From Octopus sinensis (Eukaryota), in NCBI RefSeq assembly GCF_006345805.1, contig NC_042997.1, forward strand, positions 49,848,001 through 49,912,000: DNA of 64,000 nucleotides, given 5' to 3'. The position numbers and the translations under genes were made by a program. Positions 12,393-24,977 of this stretch are shown here, piece after piece. Within the stretch, counting starts at the first letter, position 1, and the number at the start of each line of letters is the position of its first letter. The notes under the pieces are model-generated. The model made no database searches. It saw nothing but the letters and a program-made list of their open reading frames with translations, and was not told where the DNA came from.

Positions 12393-12958
12393 CTGGGTTG
12401 TCCGGAAAGTTCTTGCCGATTTTTAAAGGAAAGAAAAAGGTCGATAAATACTTGCCATTACATTTTGAATGAACCGAATATGAACCATTTTGTTGCACAA
12501 TGCGTCTCCATCTTTCCTTTAACTTGAAAATACCCTCTTCCCAGAATCGAGGTGGATTCATGGCAAAGAATTCATCAAGGTATCTTTTTACGTCATCCAA
12601 GGAATTGAAATTTTTACCATTAAGACTTTTCTGCAGAGACCTGAATAAGTGGAAATCCGAAGGAGCAATATCTGGGGAATAGGGAGGGTGGGGTAACACA
12701 TCCCAGCCGAGCTGCAGCAATTTTTGTCTGGTTCCCAAAGCATCAAGTGCCGGAAATGAACTTTCTTATCTTCCATTTTAAAGGGTTACAGAATTAACAC
12801 AGGTTATAGGACTCATAAACCTTCTTCCACGAAAAGACAGCTTAAACTCTGCTCTAAATAGAGGTGTAGTCACATCCTATTTTATGGACTCAACCATGTT
12901 TTAAATAAGTCGAAAGGTAAGCTACTATAAATTGGCACGAACTTTCCGGACAACCCAA
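12393..12958 (-). mobile_element. Internally deleted mariner (Hsmar1/Mos1-like)
   Basis: TIRs TGGGTTGTCCGGAAAGTTC.TGCC.ATTT at both ends. N-terminus MEDKKVHFRHLML is joined to C-terminus LPHPPYSPDIAPSDFHLFRSLQ. Confidence 0.9.
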
Positions 12959-13344
12959 TAGATGGAGAGAATGATAGATAGATAGATAGATAGATAGACT
13001 CACACCACACACACACACCACACACACACACAAAGCTATACTACCCATAAGCAGTAATTGAAAGTAGGTTTAAGACATTTTCTTAAAATGTCGGAGTTAT
13101 TCCCCTTGTTCTAAAGGGAGATAAACTTTTGACAGTATTGTTTCATGGGAAATAACTCTAAGCCCTTACTCATTTGATCTTTGTTGACAGTATTATTTCA
13201 AGGGAAATAACTCTATCGCTTACTCAGTTGACACCCCCCCCCCCAAAAAAAAGCTAATTCTTTATTTAACGTAAGTAAATTAATAAATAAATATGTTTAT
13301 GAATGTTTTGCAAGTTTCCTGATATGAAATCATGTATTGAAACA

Positions 13345-13746
13345 GATATTGTTATATTTCAAATGGACATTTTTTTGCCAAAATAAACACACTATATATT
13401 CGTTTTTCGTTTATTTTTGTTCTTATTTTACCTTAAGTCCATTATCTGGAAATCTTTCGGCTCCACTAGATCAGTAAGAGTGAGACCTCAACCTCAATGG
13501 CAAAGAAGACCCCTAGAGATAGATGCAACGGGCAGATCAGTGCTATACAGACCCCACAAAAAAAAGAAGAACAGGGGAAGACACGGGGCATGCAAGAGTC
13601 ACTGGAGAGGTCACAAGTGTGTAACGAAAGATTTCCAGACAATGGACATAAGATAAAATAAGAACAATAATAGACGAGTGAAGGGCAAATATATAGTGCG
13701 TGTGTTTATTTGGCAAGAAAAAGTGACCATCCCGACATATAACAAT
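13345..13746. repeat. Imperfect inverted repeat (~115-bp arms, ~165-bp spacer)
   Basis: TTGTTCTTATTTTACCTTAAGTCCATTATCTGGAAATCTTTCG versus CGAAAGATTTCCAGACAATGGACATAAGATAAAATAAGAACAA, extending outward. Confidence 0.75.
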
Positions 13747-14019
13747 TAATAAGTAAATACATAAATTTGAAATAACAGAGTAAAAAGAAATAAACGTTCG
13801 ACTAATTTTCCTCAATTGCGTTACAATCTTTATTTTCCGATACGATGTATACCAGTAATATACTCGGAGCAATACAAGCGATTGCACTATTACGATATCA
13901 ACCCAATGTTCATTAAATCACAACTTACGGTCATAAAAGGGACGGCAACACAACACACCATAGTTCTAATGACACGATTGTATCAAACCTCGAATAGCTT
14001 TACCTAACGACCGGACAAA

Positions 14020-14128
14020 GCAGTAGCAACGCAAGCGAAACCGGAGACGTTGCCGGGAGCCGCGGGAAGAGTTCTCTCTTCTACGTAAAGAACCGCGTCC
14101 GTGGAATCGGCTCGTCCAGAGATACGGA
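14020..14128 (+). pseudogene. 28S rRNA fragment (dispersed, non-functional)
   Basis: GCAACGCAAGCGAAACCGGAGACGTTGCCGGGAGCCGCGGGAAGAGTTCTCTCTTCT...TGGAATCGGCTCGTCCAGAGATA matches the conserved metazoan LSU segment CCGGAGA.G.CGGCGGGAGCCCCGGG.AGAGTTCTCTTTTCT...TGGAAT.GG. Confidence 0.75.
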
Positions 14129-14129
14129 T

Positions 14130-15870
14130 TTGACACCTAGTCCACTAGAATCAAAAGTGAGGAAAATTTCAGATTTCTTCGGTACTGCATCATGTCAAGA
14201 GATGCAGTTCAGTGGAAAAGTTAATGATAAATCACTTCTAACTTGTCAAGAAGTGTCATCGAAATTTTGCTCGTCACAAAAAAAAAAATTGTGCCTGGAA
14301 AGACATTTAACTTTTCCAAAGATGCAAAGAAACGCTCAAGTTGCCAGAGTCTGGTTCAAGGAAGCCCTCTGGCTTTGTTATGTTAGTCAGCATGATGCTG
14401 TTATCTGCTATTATGCCGAAGGAGTTAGGCATAAGAGAATTACAACGCCTGAGGAAACTGCCTTCTTGACCTGTGTACGACACTGGGACAACATTACATG
14501 AAAACTTGCTGCACATAGCCGTTCCGGTCACCACATAAAAGCAGCTAATACTTTTCGCCAAAGCCCGGCATATCCGTGATTCTGAATAAGCAACTGATTC
14601 TGTAACAAGAAATAGCCTAGCAAGCATTAGAAATGATTTTCAAAGCAGTCAGATTCTATGATAGGCAAGGCCTAGCATTACAAGAGCATGAACATGACAC
14701 ATGAAACTTAGCATATCCCGTAAAAGAACTTGCCGAAGAATGAGGTGCAGAAGTAGGTCAGTGCCTTATACATCGAGATAATTTCCTATCTGATAACATA
14801 CAAAATGAAATCCCACATTCATATTCTCATAACATCCTACATGAAATCAGAAAAGAAGTTGAAGATTCCATGTTTATGGGTATTAAATGTGATGGCATCA
14901 CTGATTTCTCTGGCATGGTACATGAATCAATCATTGTCCGTTATGTTTCTGAAGACCTGGATACCCACAAAAATTTTCTCGATTTTTATAATCCTCTTGA
15001 CTGCTCTTCGGAGACACTAAAGTTATTCTGGACGTTTTTTGCCACTTAAACATTCCGCTTGGCTTAAAATTATGCTGCTTTTTATTTGATTGTGCTGGTA
15101 CATTGAGGAGAAACATTTCAGGCATACAAAAGAGATTAAAAGACGTTTCTTTCTACATATTTTGTACATTGTGGAAACCAATCTCTGGTCCTTGTCGTCC
15201 AAGAAGTTGGCTCTACGGTTGCCATTGCAGCTGATGCAGTGAACTTTGTTCACCAGTGCACCATTCTTCTGAAAGAGTTACCAAAAAGAAAAGTGTAATG
15301 GAGAACCCTTTGTCGTGAGAAGGTCATGTTGCAAGCTGTGTATCCAACTCGTTGGTGCATTAAAGCAACCGCGCTGAAACGGTCGGAAAACAACTATAAA
15401 ATTATAGATTTCTTGCTGGAACTTCTGAATGATACATCACCATGAGTAACAACAAAAGCTACTATCACACGACTCCTGAAATAATCTGGCAAAGCTTCCA
15501 CTTTGTTTCGTATTAAAGCGGAAGGATTTTCATTGCACGAGTTTTTATGTACATGCATTATGGCACATTGTGTTAGACGCTGCTGCGTCATTGTAGTACG
15601 GAACCAGGTCTTCAAACAGCGAAGTGCGCTGAACAATCTCTCGCTTGCAGCTTATTTTGTCTTTGCACCAATCGAGAGAACGTTCAGCTCACTTCACCGT
15701 TTAAAGACCTGACTCTGTCCACAACGACGCAGCACCGACTAACACACTCTGTCATAATACATGTGCATAAAAACTTGTGCAAGAAAAACGCTTTGCACAT
15801 ATTTATGGGAAGATTCATTACCAAACAATCTGGCGTGGAAAAACTTTTGGAAAATTTAAAGCGCTTTTAC
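14130..15870 (+). mobile_element. Decayed hAT transposase (ZMYM1-like: TTF zinc finger to hATC dimerisation domain)
   Basis: N-terminal WFKEALWLCY...DAVICYY (ZnF_TTF-like), a PTRW motif near 15345, and C-terminal ERTFSSLHRLKT...IIHVHK. Many stops and frameshifts. Confidence 0.7.
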
Positions 15871-15878
15871 ATATATAT

Positions 15879-17098
15879 AGAAGAGTGGGTTGAAAAGGTC
15901 ACAGGCTGACATCGAAGAAGATATGCAGGAGCTTGCAATAATTTCAAAACTTCTCATTAATAACTGCTTTATTTCTTTCCGGGTAAACTGACGTCTGGTT
16001 ATTCAGAGAAACTTCGAATGTAACTGTTAGCAACTTCTTTTGAAAATCGACCAAATTTGGCATCGTGCTGTAATCAAATACCTGCAAAAAAAAGAGATTG
16101 ACTCCCAAGGAAATTCATGCTGGCATGGTTGATACATTTGGGGATGACACTCCAGTTTTATCAACAGTGCAAAAGTGGCAGCTGAATTAGCAGTCTTGAG
16201 AAGATCCATGGGTAACATTGATCGTGTTTTCCACATGGTGATGGATGACATGTGATTGACTATAAATCAAATAGGCAATGTTTTTAGCATATCCCGTGGA
16301 AGGGTAGAGGATATTCTTCACAACGAACTTAGCATGACGAAGGTTTTTGCTTGGTTGGTGCCACGTCTTCTGACTCTTGATCAAAAGCACACCAGGCTGA
16401 TCACATTACGGGAAAATCTGACATTGTTTGAAACAGTTCCAGTTTCTTTCCTTGAACGTTTCTTAACCAAGGATGTGTGTTGGCTTCATCGCTTCGAACC
16501 AAAAACAAAGAGGCAATCCATGCAGTGGAAACACTCCTCTTAACCTGCTCCAAAGAAAGCAAAGTCGTTTCATCTGCAGGGAACGTGATAGCCTAAGTTT
16601 CATGTAATTCAAAAAGCATTGTGTTTATTAACCATCTTCAAAATGATTTAGACCGTCAATGGAGCGTTCTGTGCCAACTTGCTAAGGCAGTTACGAAAGG
16701 CTATCAAGACCAAACATCCAGAAAGACTGATGAACGGGGTCTTGTTTTATTGGGACACTGCTCCAGCACACAAGTCCTTGGTGTCAATGGCTTTGAACTA
16801 GTTGATCACCTTACCCTATTTTAGTGATTCGGTTCCAACTGATTATCGTCTGTTTCCCAACATGAAAAAACGCTTCGCTGGGCATCAGTTTCGCTGTGAT
16901 GATGACGTCTTTATCTGCTGTTGATAACTTTTTTGACCAACGGGATGAAAGCTTCTTCACCAATGCGATCCAAGCACTGCAACACTGTTAGAAGTGTGTG
17001 GGACAGTAAGAGAAACAATGTTAAAAAATGAACATCATTTGGTCGCATTCCATGAGAGTGTCTTACTCAGCCTATGAACATTTCAGCTGACCCTCATA
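15879..17098 (+). mobile_element. Decayed full-length mariner (Himar1/Hsmar2-like)
   Basis: Degenerate TIRs (GAGTGGGTTGAAAAGGTCACAGGCTGA / TCAGCCTATGAACATTTCAGCTGACCCTC). Motifs WLVPRLLT and TKDVCWLHRFEPKTKRQSMQW. Confidence 0.85.
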
Positions 17099-17339
17099 GT
17101 AATAAAAATTAGTATTACACTAGCATTTGTATTAATATTAGCATTTTTTTAAAAATCCACTTTTTCGTTAAAAAAAATTTGGACCTGGGTTTGCACACCC
17201 TAAGCAAATTTCGTTGCCGGTCCACTGCATATAGGGTGATATGACTGCAAAATTTCGATCTGCTAGCCTTCATTCGATGAAGCAGGTGCCCCAGCATGAC
17301 CGTAGCTTTAAAGTTGAAACAAGCAAAAGAGTTAAAGAA

Positions 17340-17645
<306 letters not shown>

Positions 17646-17699
17646 CACACTGGCAGTTCAGAGTAAAGTTTACGATTTATTAAGTCCCTTTTTTTTTGA

Positions 17700-18440
17700 G
17701 GAACAGCCTGATGTATTGGTGAACACTCACCGGTGCTTGAGGACATAAAGGTTAACGTTGTAATTGGGAAAAAATAGCTTTCATGGAGGACCGGAAGCCA
17801 TCTGAATATGGGGGAAAAGTTACCTGTATCATGATGATAAGCGCCGGGTAACAAAAGACAGACATCTTGACTGCTGCTCAATGCTCTGTTAACACTGTAA
17901 ATGCTATAAGACGTGACAGGGACAGTTGCGAAGGAGGCTACGAAGCTGTGGCTATCAGGAAGGGATACAGCAAGGCATTCTGATTGTATCCTCAAGCCAA
18001 AATTCATCCAACAACTGGAAGAAAATGTGATGGAAAATCCAAACAAGGGAATTCAAGCTTTGGTGAGAGAAATGGGTGTTGGAGTCGTCACCATGAAGCT
18101 GGTACAGAATGAGGACCTTCGCTACCATTCGTACAAGAGGCGCAAGAGACAAATTCTGACAGCCAAGGCTACGGAGAACCGCCTGATGTAGGCAAAGTGA
18201 CCTCTGAACAAGCTAAAGCGTCTTGTTATTCCAGGGATGATCTAACTCTTCTCAGATAAAGAACTTCTGACAGAACCAGTTGCACAGCACCCAGAACAAG
18301 TGGCTTCGCTACAAGCCATGGAATGTCCTAGGTATCGTGAAAACCAAGTTTCTCTAAACTGTGGTGTTCTGTGAGTGTGTCTCCAGTGGGGGTGACGTCA
18401 TGCAACCTCACACCTTTGAAAAGAGCCTTTCGTTAAATTC
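17700..18440 (+). mobile_element. Decayed Tc1/mariner-superfamily transposase, maT (DD37D)-like
   Basis: NPNKGIQALVREMGVG...EDLRYHSYKRRKRQILT...RL, then LNKLK, FSD, KTKF and VSSGGDVMQPH across frames; 3' truncated. Confidence 0.7.
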
Positions 18441-18932
18441 ATTAATAGTTCATTAATGTTACTTCAAACACGTAGATTGTGCACACATATCGTCTATTAG
18501 GACAAATCGTTCTCCGATACGATATCCAACAACGAAGAGCCATTTTCAAGTTTGAGTGTGGAAAAGCATCATAAGAATGAATGCACATATCAATATTTTG
18601 ATTCTCGTAATTTTACATACCTGTAGAAATGTAACCCTGGTTTGGCAAACCACCGCACGCATCAGTAAACATTTTGCCTGTTGATTTCTATAGATAAAAG
18701 CAACAATTTCCATTTGGCTCCAAAGAACCGAAAGTTGTTCGTCTCTGAAGGGGCGACAATGTGTATAGAAGTGAACATGTGTCTATTGGAACATAAAAAG
18801 AATTGTTCTATATGACACTTTACAATGAAGAGCTACTTTCACTTTCGAGTGTGAAGAAACGTAAATGCACAGATCAAAACATACATACATACATACATAC
18901 ATACATACATACATACATACATACATACATAC

Positions 18933-19779
18933 AAAATATCATCGCGGTATTATCTACAGATGAGACATGATGTAGCTAGGACACTGTATAACGAGATCCA
19001 TGGAAAGGATAACCCAAAAGACAAAGAAATAAGAATCTACAGTATGGTGAAGCCATAGCCACTCATAATGAAAAGGACTGGTGGAATGACCCAGTGGAAA
19101 CCTCAAAAAAATGTAAGCACAACAGACCTGATATAATGATTTGGGTCAGAGAAGAGAAACAGTGTACAGTTGTGGAAATCAGCTGCCCAGCGGAGGTTAA
19201 CATAAAGCTGAAGATCAGTGAAAAAGAGAATACCTACGCTGAACTATTGAGAAATCTACAGTTACACTATCCAGATTACCAGGTTAGATTTATACCTGTA
19301 ATTATTGGGGCACTGGGATATGTAACACACTGCCTAAGTACCAATCTTGAGAAATTAGGCTACACAAAACCAGAAGGGAGAAAGCTAATTCGAAAACTCT
19401 CAGATCCAAGCTATCACTGGAACTGTAAAAATCTGTAAAACTTTCCAGAAGTTTATCATTTAAATATATATGAGCATGTCTGGATATGTAACTATATGCA
19501 TGAGAAGACATACATAAAGCAAAACATACAAATCTGTACGTATACATGCATACATACATACAATACATACATACATACATACATACAATACATACATACA
19601 TACATACATATATACATACATACAATACATACATACATACACACATACATACATACATACATACATACATACAAAATACCCTGTTGTTGACGTTGAAACT
19701 CCAATGAAGGCGCCTTGGATCTAGGCTAGAAACCGGCTCTTTCTCTATTGGCAAGAAATCTTGAAATAAAACTGAATAA

Positions 19780-19780
<1 letters not shown>
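18933..19780 (+). mobile_element. 5'-truncated R4/Dong-clade non-LTR retrotransposon (restriction-like endonuclease)
   Basis: YLQMRHDVAR...HNRPDIMIW...VVEISCP...KENTYAEL...IPVIIGALG is the REL domain (RHD, RPD, E, K..Y). The 3' UTR has an internal (TACA)n; the copy is flanked by (TACA)n and (CA)n. Confidence 0.85.
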
Positions 19781-19858
<78 letters not shown>

Positions 19859-19992
19859 TACACACAAATGGGTCAGTGGAAATTGTGTGGAAGGCCGTCG
19901 GCTGATCTTCACAAGTAATTCAAAAGTTTACACACACATACGTGTGTGTGTTTGTGCCAGTACATACATACATTCATACATACATACATACA

Positions 19993-20023
<31 letters not shown>

Positions 20024-22043
20024 CATTATCATCATTAGTTCCCCCTCCCCGAAATTGCTGGCCTTGTGCCAAAATTTGAAGTCAATATTATTATTATTAT
20101 TATTATTATTATAATTATTATATTATTATTATCATTGTTGTTGTTATTGTTGTTGCTATTGCTGTTGTTGTTATTATCATTATTAAGAGGGCGAGCTGGC
20201 AGAATCGTTAACACGCTGGGCAAAATGCTTAGCGGCATTTCGTCCGTCTGTACGTTCTGAGTTCAAATGCCGCCGATGTCGACTTTGCCTTTCATCAATC
20301 AGGGTCGCTAAAATAAGTACCAGTTGAGTAGTGGGTTCGATATAATCGACTTACTCCCTACCCCGAACTTGCTGGCATCGTGCCAAAATTTGAAACCATC
20401 ATTTTTTTTTTTTTACGATGAAACCTCTCAGCTTATTTTGCTGGGTTTGATGGAAAGTGTCAGCTGTCAACCTGAAGGTCAAATTGAATCATTGCATCTC
20501 AGGATTTTGCAATCTTCTTTCTCAATAAATCCCTCTGGTCATACCACGTCTTTGATCTTTCTAGATCATAATTTCCACAAATCTCCAATGGATCGTTCTT
20601 GCCACATTGTAATGTTGTCTTTTGTATTCGTATTGTGCCAATTTCGGGCATTGGGCATTTCGTCTGTCGCTAAGTTTTGAGTTCAAATTCCGCTGAGATT
20701 GACTTTGCCTTTCATCCTTTCGGGGTCGATAAATTAAGTACCAGTGAAACAATGGGGGTTCGATGTTATCGACTAGTCCCCTACCCCCAAATTTCAGGCA
20801 TTGTGCCTACAGTAGACAGGATTGTTGTTGTTGTTGTTGTTGTTGTTGTTAAGCAACAAGACGGGTAAGGGTGATTAGGTGATGGTCTAGGGCTTAGGGG
20901 CGGGAGACCCCAGACCTTGGGGAAAAAAAACTTTGGTCATCTTGCTGTAGTCGAGGGCTCTTCGTTGACGCCCGACACCACTGGGAGGTGGCCCTCGAAG
21001 TCGTTGGAAATGGAGATCTCCATCTCCGAATTCTTGAATGGCTGTTGTTGCTGCTGCCGCTGCTGCTACTGTTATTGTTGTTGTCGTTTCTCTGAATAGA
21101 CAAAGGTAGCGATTATAACAGTTCTTAAATAAGCAGTAGCCAGTCTCATCAGGATTTAAGCCAGTAAGACATAAATTAAATTGTTCAATGTTCATTGATC
21201 AACTTCTTGTTTATCATAAAGCTCTGCAGCATTCACTCACAAATGCTAGTTGTATTATCAAACCAAAATAGAAAAGCAAAATAATAACATTCCATTTCTG
21301 GTCTAGACACATCGCTTCAATTGCACAAGCCAGAATCAGGTTGGATGTCCCTCGCGGTGCTGACATATCTTCGAGGCTTCTACATTCATTAAAAACAACA
21401 TTTTTGGAGATACTCCAACAATCAATTGTCTTTCTAATTTTGAAGGTGGTTAGTCAGATACAACGACCCCAGTACTAGACTGATATTTTATCTTATCGAT
21501 CCCAGAGAGAGAGAGAGAGAGATAAGGTCATGCTGGCCTCAGCCGGCTTTGAACTCAGAACGTAAAGATCGTTTAGTGTTTTTCCAGACGCCTTGAGATT
21601 CTACCAATCCATAGATTTCATCTAACTGTCTATTAACTACAAAATGTTTGCTTCTCAACTGACGGGATTCAAGTTCGACCCCACAGCGAAGTACTCTTAA
21701 GCAAGTATTTTCTACCTTAATCTAAGATCGATCAATTCTGAAGGCGGAAACTAAGAGGAAGATTGTCGAATGTGAATATGTTCTTCTATTCTGTTGTCTA
21801 TTTTATCCATCAGAACCATGGCCATTCTGGAGCACTACATTTAGAACTGTTTATTCTGACTTCTATCTACCTTCATTTGTGTCTAGGTTTCCATCTCTTT
21901 CATTACCTTTTTGTCTTTTTTTAAAATACATGGCACCATCATTTACATTTTGTAAACATACTGGGAGGCACTTGTATAATTGTAGACCTTTAAATAACCC
22001 GACACACACACGCACGCGTGTATATGCGTGTGTATATAAATAT

Positions 22044-22175
22044 AAGAGTGGGCTGATACGTTCCTCACGTTAAGGATGTCGCGAAAGGCCTGGTTGGAGG
22101 CCCAACCTTCTGAGTTCCTTCAAATGGCTTAGAAAACCTAAAGGACCGCTGCAATAAGTGTGTGAATCTGAGACC
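22044..22175 (+). mobile_element. Mariner-derived short remnant
   Basis: TIR-like AAGAGTGGGCTGATA.GTTCC followed by C-terminal-like WLEAQPSEF and DRCNKCVNLR. Confidence 0.55.
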
Positions 22176-22456
22176 AGGTGATGCGTCGGGTCCTTCAGCA
22201 GGACACTTCATCTCACGTTGATCTGCGGCCACTTCGACACCTGACACGTGGCACACCTTACAGCTGTTCAAGCAATATTGATTTGATGGAGGGAGTGAGA
22301 TAGATACTTTACAGCACAAACATTTGGTCATTATAAACCAGTCAGTTGTCAGGTCGTTTTGAAAACGATGAACGCTTAGAAGTCGTCTTCGACGGGAAGT
22401 CCATCGCAATATTATTATATACAAATAACATATATTCATATATACATATATATATA

Positions 22457-22540
<84 letters not shown>

Positions 22541-22555
22541 CATATATACATATAT

Positions 22556-22591
<36 letters not shown>

Positions 22592-22644
22592 AATATACAT
22601 ATATCATATATACATATATACATTATATATATATATTATATATA

Positions 22645-22706
<62 letters not shown>

Positions 22707-22710
<4 letters not shown>

Positions 22711-22873
22711 TTTATTTTTAAAAGCAGCAGAAATATAACAAAAGCTGTTGCTCGGAGTTTTGCGTTCCCGTTCGTCGGACAGTTTTGTTAAAAAAAAACT
22801 GTCCGACGAACGGGAACGTGAAACTCCGAGCAACAGCTTTTGTTATATTTCTGCTGCTTTTAAAATAAAGTAT
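22707..22873. mobile_element. Near-perfect palindromic element in (TA)n with mirrored hammerhead-like motifs
   Basis: Arms about 22707-22786 and 22794-22873. Right arm reads CTGT-CCGACGA-ACG GGAA CGT-GAAA-CTCCGAG-CA-ACAG. Confidence 0.8.
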
Positions 22874-23360
22874 ATCTATATATATTATATATATATCTAT
22901 AATAATATATATATATATATAATTTATACTATTAAATAATATATATACTAGTAACAATATATATATATATATACATAATATATATTATAATATATATATC
23001 TATCAAGCTATTATATAATCTATATATATATATATATATACGACAGGCTTCTTTCAGTTTCCATCGGCCAAATCTACTCACTAGGCTTTGGTCGGCTCGA
23101 GGCCATAGTAGAAGACTCTTGCCCAATGTGCCACGCAGTAGCGTTTGTAATTATTTTGATTCGGTGTTATAACGAATTTGAAGAGTCATGCGAATTTAAG
23201 AAAAACAGTTTCAATAATAATTGTCTTGAATTTTCAACTCTTAAGAGACTTTTCAAAAATTATCGTAAAACATAAGAAAGAAAGCAAAATGCAAATGTAA
23301 GTGGCGTGAGAAAATTAGCGGTTTCCTGTCGTAGTAGGTGACCAAATATAAATGTTTGTA

Positions 23361-24578
23361 CAGGGGTTGGACAAAATAATGGAAACATCTAGCATCATAG
23401 TATCATAATTTCGAAATATCTATAAAACTGTCAAAAGTTTGTTTATTTTTATGTTTTTGATTTACTATTAGTGTTGCTTAATATGTTTTGCTAAAATTGA
23501 TGTTTCTTTTCAGATATCATCAGAAAAAGGTAATTAAAATTCATTAAAATGACAGATCTATCAGACTTTCAAAGAGGTCAAACAAATTGTTGGTGCTCGT
23601 ATGGCAGGCGCTAGCGTAACGAAACAGCTGAAATGTTTCGTGTATCAAGAAGTACTGTCTCGAAAGTAATGATAGCTCTGAGAAAGAGGGTAAAAGCTCC
23701 TCTTCGAAACAAAACTCCAGAAGAAAACCAAAACTTTCAGATGGGGCTGTCGGACACTTATACGAATTGTTAGAAAGGATCACATAAGTACAGCTTCCAA
23801 AATTGCTGCAGAGCTTAATGATCACCTCGAGAACCCAGTTTCCACAAAAACTGTTTCGCCGGGAGCTGCACGAAGCCGAATTTCACGGGGGGGGGCTGCA
23901 ATCAGAAAACCACTACTTTCAAAAACAAACGTTGCAAAGCGTTTAAAGTAAAACCTACAGAATTGGTCCCTAGAGCAGTGGAAGAATGTTATATTCTCGA
24001 ACGAGTCATCCTTTACCTTGTTTCCGACCACCGTGGAGACAGCCAAAAGAAGCATTTGACCAAGACTGCCTTCTTCCAACTGTGAAACAAGGAGGAGAAT
24101 ATGTAATGATCGGGGTTGGGCTATATTTTGGAAATCCGCCGGCCCAGTGGCTTCCCTTCATGGCAGAATTAACAGTCAAGACTATTTAAGCATTTTATCT
24201 TATCAAATTCATCCTACGATTGCGGATCTGTTTCCGGTGGGGAACGCAATCTTTCAGGATGATAATGCACCAATTCACTCAGCTAAAGTTGTTACTGATT
24301 GGCACGAAGAACATTCTAGTGAAGTTGAAAATCTTATCTGGCCACCACAATCCCCAGTTCTCAATATTATTTAACATTTATGGTGCATTTTAGAAAGAAC
24401 TGGAGACAGTTTTAGCTGAAGAATGGGACAAAAATTCCTATGGAAACAATTCAAACTTTGTACGAGTCCATACCGCGTAGGATTCAAGCTGTAATTACTG
24501 CCAAAGGTGGTCCTACCCAACATTAAAATAAATTTGTTTGAAATTTTAAGATGTTTCCATTATTTTGTCCAACCCCTG
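23361..24578 (+). mobile_element. Full-length decayed Tc1 (DD34E-type) transposon
   Basis: Perfect 30-bp TIRs CAGGGGTTGGACAAAATAATGGAAACATCT with TA TSDs. Motifs MTDLSDFQRGQ, FSNES, FQDDNAPIH, WPPQSPVLNII. Confidence 0.95.
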
Positions 24579-24977
24579 TATGTAGACATTTGCCCACCCA
24601 TTCAGGTTTGCGGCGTTCATTGCCTATACCTATATTGTTTTGTTATTTCTTTTGGCGGAGGTCTCGGCAACAAAAGCGTTCGTGACAGATTATTGACAAC
24701 TTGGCGTTGAATGCCGTGAGTCAACTGACTATATGTGATGTGAGTCAGTTGAATAACAACACATATATGCGCAAATTTTGTCATGGTCATCTGACTAGTT
24801 GTAAATTTGTATTTGAAGTATCAATGAAATTCAACACTCACGATATTTCCTTTTTTTTTTTTTTGGAGGAGGAGAGAAAGAAAAATGAAAAAAAAAATAA
24901 CAAAGCACTGCAATGTTTGGAAAGAATCCTTTGATGTCGAAAATTTATCAAAAAAATCTGTTTCGTTAAAAGCACAT

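Noticed and set aside
14020-14128. Functional rRNA locus
   Set aside because: Only about 110 bp with substitutions; no flanking rDNA.
21140-21155. CTGATGA on the minus strand (also 2582, 35665, 57614, 60264)
   Set aside because: No correctly placed stem II-GAAA-helix III-UH, so not called as hammerheads.
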